A stretch of DNA of 33,432 bases, taken from contig JBDLUG010000001.1 in NCBI GenBank assembly GCA_039805405.1, forward strand, positions 1 to 33,432, in the 5' to 3' direction. The notes beneath the pieces are model-generated. The model was not told where the DNA came from, ran no database searches, and saw only the letters and a program-made list of their open reading frames with translations. A program made the position numbers and the translations under genes. This document shows positions 25,359-33,432 of the stretch, one piece after another (the first letter of the stretch is position 1; the number at the start of each line of letters is the position of its first letter). The DNA comes from Bacteroidota bacterium. GTDB lineage: Bacteria > Bacteroidota > Bacteroidia > Flavobacteriales > Schleiferiaceae.

Positions 25359-25562
25359 ATGGAACATTTCGAAAAAACATACCTTCGCAGTATGAAACCA
25401 CGACTGCGCTTGAAGAACCGACCGCGCCGCACATTGCGGACGGTCCCTACACGCAATGCTCGGTTCGTTCGTCGTTGGATAGCGACTGAATCGTTAACGT
25501 CCGACCAGGACCTGCTGCTTCCATCTACGAATGCACGCAACGGGTCGGTATGGGTCGAATAA
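25359..25562 (+). CDS. Hypothetical arginine-rich 67-aa ORF upstream of the second MazF-like toxin (possible non-canonical antitoxin)
   Basis: Overlaps the toxin start by 13 nt, as antitoxin genes do. A -7-like motif TTGGTTTG (25347-25354) lies 4 nt upstream. It resembles no AbrB, RHH or Phd antitoxin, so the coding status is uncertain. Confidence 0.3.
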   Translation: MEHFEKTYLRSMKPRLRLKNRPRRTLRTVPTRNARFVRRWIATESLTSDQDLLLPSTNARNGSVWVE

Positions 25563-25871
25563 GCGCGTACCACTACTACTGGGTTGACTTGGGGCCGGTC
25601 TACGGAAGCCGAATGGCCAAAATCCGACCCGCTCTAGTGATTTCACCCAATGTGCTTAATCGAATGCTTCGTACCGTGGTGGTCGTTCCGCTCACGACTA
25701 AACGTCGAACTTATCCCGGCAGAATTAGCACGAAACTTAGCGGAATCGACGCAGATGTTTGTTTTGATCAAATTCAAACATTGCCAAAAACAGCACTACA
25801 GCCCCACGGAATTCGACGAGCCACGGACCGTGAGCGCCTCAAGTTTACGGGCGCACTAACGGAACTTTACC

Positions 25872-25888
<17 letters not shown>
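25550..25888 (+). CDS. PemK/MazF-family toxin (second copy)
   Basis: [37 protein letters not shown] parallels the first MazF motif for motif. Length 112 aa. Codon usage is AT-richer than its neighbours. Confidence 0.85.
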
Positions 25889-28103
<2,215 letters not shown>

Positions 28104-28142
28104 GCGCGTCGTTTGAGGCGCGAAGGTACGGCGGCGGCTGCC

Positions 28143-28150
28143 TACCTTGC
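28143..28150 (+). promoter_or_regulatory. -7-like element TACCTTGC, 4 nt upstream of ATG 28155
   Basis: Weaker match, but the same spacing as the other cases. Supports the ATG 28155 start. Confidence 0.25.
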
Positions 28151-28154
28151 GGCT

Positions 28155-29789
28155 ATGAAGGCAGTTTACTCCCCCCTTTTACTCGGAATTTTTGGGCTTC
28201 TTGCGGCATGCAGCACCGCTCCAGAGTTTGACGCCGTCCTGACGAATGCACACATTGCGGAATTTCAAGGGGACAGCCTCAGCTACCGATCGGTGCACCT
28301 CGCCCTGCGCGGCGGGCGGATTGCCGCGGTGGTTCCGTCTACTGAGGCGGTTCCTAGTGCGGGCGATACCACAGACTTGGCTGGGGCTTTTGTATACCCG
28401 GGCTTTACCGACGCCCACGCTCACTTTTTGGCCCTCGGCGAAGCCCTCGAAACCGTGGATTTGGTCGGAACCCGCAGCTGGTCCGAGTGCGTGGAGCGCG
28501 TCCGCCGCTACCTCGCCGAACACCCTGAAGTCGCCGTTGTTCGGGGCCGCGGATGGGACCAAAACGACTGGACTGACAAGGCATGGCCCACCTCTGAAGC
28601 CTTGGACGGCTTGACCAACAAGCCCATCGTGCTGTCGCGCATCGACGGCCACGCCGTGGTCTGCAACCAGGTGGCCCTCAATCAGTCTGGAATCACCGCG
28701 GCCAGCCGCATCGACGGCGGCGAAATCTTAATGGCTTCTGGCAAACCCACCGGAGTACTTGTGGACAACGCCGAGACATTGCTGCGCATTGCGCAACCCT
28801 CGCGCGCCGAAAAAATTCGCTACCTGCTGGCTGCCGAGCGCTGGTGCGTCGAGCTCGGCCTTACGGGCGTGCACGACGCGGGCCTACCCACCAGTGACAT
28901 TATGCTGATCGACAGCCTTCAGCAGGCGGGAGCCCTGCACATGCCGCTGTACGTAATGGTCGCCGAAAGTCCCGAGGCGCTGGACCACTGGCTCAAGCGC
29001 GGCCCCCTCACAACTGACTGGCTCTCGGTGCGCAGTTTTAAGTTCTACAGCGACGGAGCCTTGGGCAGCCGCGGAGCCCTGTTGCGCGCGCCCTACCACG
29101 ACCGCCACGACCACTTTGGGCTTGCACTGCGCGATGCCGAGTACTTGCGGTCGGCGGCAGCCCGAATCGCCAAGGCCGGATGGCAAATGAACACCCACGC
29201 CATCGGAGATTCCGCCAACCACCTCATCGTGAGCATATACCGAAATGCATTGGACGCCCAAACTGCCAAGGCCGACCTTCGCTGGCGCATTGAACACGCT
29301 CAGGTGGTGAGTCCTGAAGACCAAGTTCTCTTTGGCAAAGGCATTGTTCCGTCGGTTCAGCCGACCCATGCAACGAGCGACATGGACTGGGCTCCAGAGC
29401 GTTTGGGGCCGGACCGCATGCCGCACGCGTACGCCTACCGCTCACTTCGCGCGGCGAATGGCGGATGGATTCCGCTCGGAACCGACTTCCCCATCGAGCA
29501 CCCCAACCCAATGTACACGATTCTGGCGGCCACGGCCCGCCGGGCGCTCGACGGCCACCCCGCCGAGGGATTTCAAACGAATGAAGCGCTTACCCTAGCT
29601 CAAACGATTAAAGGAATGACCGCAGATGCCGCCCGCGCTGCCTTTCAGGAGTCCGACCGCGGAGAAATCCGCATTGGAAATTGGGCGGACTTCACCATCT
29701 TTGACGTAAACCTAAACGAAGTAACCCCCATGGCCCTTCCGCAGACCTCGCCAACCCAGGTGTGGATCCACGGCGAGCGCCGTAAGTAA
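28155..29789 (+). CDS. Amidohydrolase family (Amidohydro_3/YtcJ-like) lipoprotein
   Basis: Lipoprotein signal [13 protein letters not shown]. Metal-binding [10 protein letters not shown] motif and the later HAIGD and GTDFP motifs of TIM-barrel amidohydrolases. Confidence 0.85.
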   Translation: MKAVYSPLLLGIFGLLAACSTAPEFDAVLTNAHIAEFQGDSLSYRSVHLALRGGRIAAVVPSTEAVPSAGDTTDLAGAFVYPGFTDAHAHFLALGEALETVDLVGTRSWSECVERVRRYLAEHPEVAVVRGRGWDQNDWTDKAWPTSEALDGLTNKPIVLSRIDGHAVVCNQVALNQSGITAASRIDGGEILMASGKPTGVLVDNAETLLRIAQPSRAEKIRYLLAAERWCVELGLTGVHDAGLPTSDIMLIDSLQQAGALHMPLYVMVAESPEALDHWLKRGPLTTDWLSVRSFKFYSDGALGSRGALLRAPYHDRHDHFGLALRDAEYLRSAAARIAKAGWQMNTHAIGDSANHLIVSIYRNALDAQTAKADLRWRIEHAQVVSPEDQVLFGKGIVPSVQPTHATSDMDWAPERLGPDRMPHAYAYRSLRAANGGWIPLGTDFPIEHPNPMYTILAATARRALDGHPAEGFQTNEALTLAQTIKGMTADAARAAFQESDRGEIRIGNWADFTIFDVNLNEVTPMALPQTSPTQVWIHGERRK

Positions 29790-29806
29790 CCTACGAGCTT
29801 TCACGC

Positions 29807-31582
29807 ATGAACGCACCCAAACGCCTTTTTGATTTCGCCCACTACGCGGCAGCCAAGCATCCCCGCCCCGACGCCCTCAATACCAAAGTCAACGGACAGT
29901 GGCAATCCATGTCAACTACCGAGTTCATCGCCAAGGCCGAGAAGCTGGCCTGCGGACTCATTGACCTGGGCATGAAGCCCGGCGACCGCGTCGGCATTAT
30001 TTCAACCACCAACCGCACAGAATGGAACCTCTGCGACCAGGCCATCCTGAGCGCAGGCGGCGTCGATGTACCAATGTACCCCACGATTTCGCAGGCCGAC
30101 TACACGTTTATTTTGAATGATGCCGGAGTGCGTTTTTGCTTTGTGAGCGACCCTGAGCTTCGCGACAAGATGGAGGCGCTGCGCGCCGACGTACCTAGCC
30201 TCGAAGGAGTGTTTACGTTTACGCCCACCGAAGGCTCGCAGTGCCTCGACGATGTCGTGGCCCGCGCCACCGATGCCCACTGCGCCGAGCTTGAGGTCCG
30301 CAAGGCCGCCGTGCGCGAAGAAGATCTGGCCACGCTGATTTACACTTCGGGCACCACCGGCACCCCAAAAGGTGTCATGCTCAGCCACCGCAACATTGCG
30401 TCGAACGCCGTAGCCGGAGCGGCTCGCCTCCCGGTCGGTCCAACCGGTAAAGCCCTGAGCTTCTTGCCGTTGTGCCACAGCTACGAACGCGTCTGCGTCT
30501 ATGTCTACCTCACCAACGGCGTGGGCGTCTACTTTGCCGAGTCCATGGAAACGATCGGCGACAACCTCCGCGAGGTGCACCCCCAAGTGTTTACCGCGGT
30601 TCCGCGCCTGCTCGAAAAAGTCTACGACAAAATCATGGACAAGGGCAAGTCCCTCACTGGCATCAAGCGCGGACTCTTCTTTTGGGCCGTCGGCCTGGCA
30701 GAGCGCTACGAGCACGAAGGCCTCAGCCCGCTCTATTATGCGCAGCTCAAGCTCGCCCGCAAGCTGATTTTCAGCAAGTGGCAAGAGGCGTTGGGCGGAG
30801 AAACCCTCGCCGTGGCCAGCGGAGCGGCCGCGCTTAACCCCAAACTAGCTCGGATTTTTGCCGGAGCCGGAATCAACGTTCAAGAGGGCTACGGCCTCAC
30901 CGAAACCTCGCCCATTTTGGCAGTTAACCTGCCCACCGGACAAGGTCACAAGCTGGGTACCGTAGGAACTGCAATCGAGGGCGTAGAGCTGAAGCTCGAC
31001 GCCGACGGCGAAATTCTCGCCAAGGGCCCCAACGTGATGATGGGCTACTACAACCGTCCTGACCTGACCGCTGAGGTGATGACCGAAGACGGCTGGTTCC
31101 GCACTGGCGACATTGGTGAATTCGATTCAGAGGGCTACCTGCGCATCACCGACCGCAAGAAAGAAATTTTCAAGACCGCGGGCGGCAAGTACATCACGCC
31201 CCAGGCCATGGAAAACGCCTTCAAGATGTCGCCCTTCATCGAGCAGTGCATGGTGGCCGGCGAAAACAAGAAGTACCCCGTCCTTTTGATCCAGCCGCAG
31301 TACGACTTTTTAAAGTCGTGGTGCGCCCGCAAAAACATCACCTGGACGACTCCGGCTGAAATGATCGCCAACCCGGTGGTTGTCGCGCGCTTCCAACGCG
31401 AAATCGACGCCACCAACGCCCAGTACGGTCAGTGGGAAAAAATCAAGAAATTCGCCCTCACCCCCGACGTGTGGAGCATCGCTGCGGGCCACGTCACGCC
31501 AACGTTAAAACTTCGCCGCAAGCCCATCTTGCAGATGTACGCGGGGCTGTATGACGGGCTCTTCGAGGAAGCAAGCAACTAG
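29807..31582 (+). CDS. Long-chain fatty acid--CoA ligase (AMP-forming)
   Basis: AMP-binding motif YTSGTTGTPKGVMLSHRN, then GYGLTETS, TGDIG and ITDRKKE motifs. Length 591 aa. Confidence 0.9.
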   Translation: MNAPKRLFDFAHYAAAKHPRPDALNTKVNGQWQSMSTTEFIAKAEKLACGLIDLGMKPGDRVGIISTTNRTEWNLCDQAILSAGGVDVPMYPTISQADYTFILNDAGVRFCFVSDPELRDKMEALRADVPSLEGVFTFTPTEGSQCLDDVVARATDAHCAELEVRKAAVREEDLATLIYTSGTTGTPKGVMLSHRNIASNAVAGAARLPVGPTGKALSFLPLCHSYERVCVYVYLTNGVGVYFAESMETIGDNLREVHPQVFTAVPRLLEKVYDKIMDKGKSLTGIKRGLFFWAVGLAERYEHEGLSPLYYAQLKLARKLIFSKWQEALGGETLAVASGAAALNPKLARIFAGAGINVQEGYGLTETSPILAVNLPTGQGHKLGTVGTAIEGVELKLDADGEILAKGPNVMMGYYNRPDLTAEVMTEDGWFRTGDIGEFDSEGYLRITDRKKEIFKTAGGKYITPQAMENAFKMSPFIEQCMVAGENKKYPVLLIQPQYDFLKSWCARKNITWTTPAEMIANPVVVARFQREIDATNAQYGQWEKIKKFALTPDVWSIAAGHVTPTLKLRRKPILQMYAGLYDGLFEEASN

Positions 31583-31600
31583 TAACTAGCAGCTAGCTGT
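31574..31600. repeat. CTAG-rich heptamer mini-array AGCAACT AGTAACT AGCAGCT AGCTGT at the convergent junction
   Basis: Shares the exact 13-mer AGCAACTAGTAAC with the mfd/ABC junction (9102-9114). Contains both convergent stop codons (TAG 31580-31582 on plus, CTA 31593-31595 on minus). Confidence 0.6.
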
Positions 31601-32624
31601 AGCGCCGAAACCGCTCCAGCACCGCCTGCATATCTTCAGGCAAAGGCGCCTCAAACACGAGGCGTTCACCGGGTCGCGACGGGTGCTCAAATCCGAGCAT
31701 TCGCGCGTGCAGCGCTTGGCGCGGAAGCATTTCAAGCGTTTTGTGCGCGAACTGCGCAAACTTGGGCAGCTCAGGGCGGTGCGGAGCCTTGTCGCCACCG
31801 TACACCGCGTCGCCGACCAGCGGGTGCCCCAAAAACTTCATATGCACCCGGATCTGGTGCGTGCGGCCCGTTTCGAGGCGGCAGGCCACGAGGGTGGCAA
31901 AACTGTAGCGCTCAAGCACTTCGTAGTGGGTGACGGCATGCTTTCCGTGCTTGCCGTCGGGAAAGATGGCCTGCACCTTGCGGTCCTGAAGCGAACGGCC
32001 GATGTGGCCGGTCACGGTTCCGCGGTCTTCGCGCACATTGCCCCACACGAGGGCGTGGTACTCGCGGTCGCAGCTGTGGTCGGCAAACTGCTTGGCCAAA
32101 AACGCCAGCGCATAGTCAGTGCGGGCCACTACGAGCAGACCAGACGTGTCTTTGTCAATGCGGTGCACCAAGCCGGGGCGAACTTCACTCGAGGCTCCCG
32201 GTAAATTCTGAAAAAGGTAGAGCAGGCCGTGCACGAGGGTTCCGGTAAAGTGGCCAAATGCCGGGTGCACCACCATACCCGCGGGCTTGTTGATCACCGC
32301 AAGGTCGTCGTCGAGGTAGACGACGTTGAGGTCAATGGGCTCGGCCTCGAGCACAAACTCGCGCGGAGGCTGCGCCAGCACCAGCGTAACCTCTTCGCCA
32401 GGCTTGACGCGGTGGTTCGACTTAACGGGTAGTCCGTCCACGCGAATCGCCCCGGCTTCGGCGGCCTTTTGGATGCGGTTTCGCGAGGTTTTCTCAAGAA
32501 AATTGAACAAAAACTTGTCTACGCGAAGCGGCTTTTGCCCCGCGTCTGCCACAAATCGGTGGTGAACGTAGAGTTCCTCTTCGGTGCCTGCGCCCTCTTC
32601 GAGCTCGTCGTCAAACTCGATCAC
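31593..32624 (-). CDS. rluD: RluA-family 23S rRNA pseudouridine synthase (RluD-like)
   Basis: N-terminal S4 RNA-binding domain (RVDKFL...) and catalytic HRIDKDTSGLLVVA motif. GTG start overlaps the upstream gene stop (GTGA). Confidence 0.88.
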   Translation of the reverse strand: MIEFDDELEEGAGTEEELYVHHRFVADAGQKPLRVDKFLFNFLEKTSRNRIQKAAEAGAIRVDGLPVKSNHRVKPGEEVTLVLAQPPREFVLEAEPIDLNVVYLDDDLAVINKPAGMVVHPAFGHFTGTLVHGLLYLFQNLPGASSEVRPGLVHRIDKDTSGLLVVARTDYALAFLAKQFADHSCDREYHALVWGNVREDRGTVTGHIGRSLQDRKVQAIFPDGKHGKHAVTHYEVLERYSFATLVACRLETGRTHQIRVHMKFLGHPLVGDAVYGGDKAPHRPELPKFAQFAHKTLEMLPRQALHARMLGFEHPSRPGERLVFEAPLPEDMQAVLERFRRYS

Positions 32625-33432
32625 TGCTTGAAGAGTCGGGTTGCGTAGCCAGAATCGCTACGGAGTACGTAAAGTCCCGCGGGAAGTGCGCGCAGGTCCA
32701 GGTTCCAGGGCTGAGCGGTGTCGGGACGCACGGCCGAAGCGACGACAGCGCCCAGCGTGTTGATTACCTCAAGGCGAAGTCCCGGTCCATCCACAGTGGC
32801 CCAGTCACTGGCGGGCTGGGGTGTGACCGTCAGTCCAATGGATAGCCGCTCTTCGCGGGTGCTGAGGTCGATGGGGGTTCCGCGAAAGAACGGACGAAGG
32901 GCCAGCGCACCCTGGAGCTGGCTCAAAAACCACTCGCCCTGCTCGCCAAACGCCTTGACCGCAGTAGTATGCACGTCAAGGCCCAGCACCGCGCGGGGCA
33001 TGCCCTGGTCTGAGTTCGAGGTCTCCATGACTACGCCGAGGTAGACCTCGCGCGGAACCACGAGGCCCGTCGTGTCGAGCACGTAGTGGCGGCCGAGCTG
33101 ACCGGCATAATTCCAGGCCACCTCATAGAGCGAATCGCTCACGTAGATGGGGTCGCCCGGAAAGCCGGCCGTATCGATGGTCCAAACTCCGATGCGGAAT
33201 CGCTCTCCCTCACCTTGGGGGCCGGCGGGAATCCATTCGAGGTCCAACCCGCGCAGCGTGTCTGCCTGCAAAAATTGGTAGCGCTGCGCCCAGCGGGGTT
33301 CGACGCCTTGGGCCACGCCGTAGCCTCGCTCGATGCTGCCGTCGTCGACCACGTAGCGCTGGTCGCAGGTGATGCGGATTCGGGCCGTATCGTTGCTGCG
33401 GTCGCCCACGGCTTCGCCATCAAACCAGTAGG
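32621..33432 (-). CDS. Secreted protein with T9SS C-terminal sorting domain (partial, N-terminus outside window)
   Basis: The frame stays open to the window edge. The C-terminal ~70 aa (LTVTPQPASDWATV...LRALPAGLYVLRSDSGYATRLFKQ) fit the Por_Secre_tail/T9SS type A CTD pattern. Confidence 0.75.
   Translation of the reverse strand, partial: YWFDGEAVGDRSNDTARIRITCDQRYVVDDGSIERGYGVAQGVEPRWAQRYQFLQADTLRGLDLEWIPAGPQGEGERFRIGVWTIDTAGFPGDPIYVSDSLYEVAWNYAGQLGRHYVLDTTGLVVPREVYLGVVMETSNSDQGMPRAVLGLDVHTTAVKAFGEQGEWFLSQLQGALALRPFFRGTPIDLSTREERLSIGLTVTPQPASDWATVDGPGLRLEVINTLGAVVASAVRPDTAQPWNLDLRALPAGLYVLRSDSGYATRLFKQ

Noticed and set aside
25392-25412. DNA and protein similarity between the start of the Arg-rich ORF segment (ATGAAACCACGACTGCGCTTG, MKPRLRL) and the start of the membrane protein at 22203-22223 (ATGAAGCCTCGACTGCACCTG, MKPRLHL)
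   Set aside because: Only 17 of 21 nt match, and the similarity stops immediately afterwards. It is most likely coincidence.
25307-25573. 88-aa minus-strand ORF in the pheT/mazF spacer
   Set aside because: It lies antisense to the toxin start, is Arg-rich low-complexity, and has no promoter-like motif or partner context. It is less plausible than the plus-strand ORF, which is itself uncertain.

Overview
GC-rich chromosomal segment (GC not computed exactly) that looks like a high-GC Bacteroidota (FCB group) genome. Supporting signs are a T9SS C-terminal sorting domain on the last ORF, recurrent Bacteroidetes-type TAnnTTTG promoter motifs, and no Shine-Dalgarno sequences. I call about 27 protein genes, tightly packed and mostly housekeeping. 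They are an outer-membrane beta-barrel protein, an OlsF-like bifunctional acyltransferase, lysC, an SSAT-like GNAT, fbp and mfd. Next come an ABC-2 ATPase and permease, an MscS channel, a Ppx/GppA phosphatase, a sigma-54 response regulator lacking a DNA-binding domain, a MATE pump and a small acidic protein. The remainder are a fused double glycosyltransferase, a sugar phosphotransferase, recG, a YqaA/DedA-like membrane protein, pheT, small-type purL, a lipoprotein amidohydrolase, an acyl-CoA ligase, rluD and a partial T9SS cargo gene. Accessory content is limited to two small, visibly AT-richer islets carrying PemK/MazF toxins. One is a canonical mazEF pair. The other has only an odd arginine-rich upstream ORF. 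I found no rRNA, tRNA, CRISPR array, transposase or integrase, and no convincing novel multi-gene defence system. The most notable signals are: (1) a -7-type promoter motif placed 3-6 nt from the start codon of about ten genes, implying leaderless mRNAs; (2) a structured 400-nt noncoding region at the left end with a 20-bp inverted repeat, 17-bp x4 and 8-bp x4 tandem repeats and a palindrome; (3) related AGCAAC/CTAG-rich heptamer arrays at two other gene junctions; (4) the non-canonical MazF locus; (5) the sigma-54 activator without a DNA-binding domain, translationally coupled to ppx and mscS.
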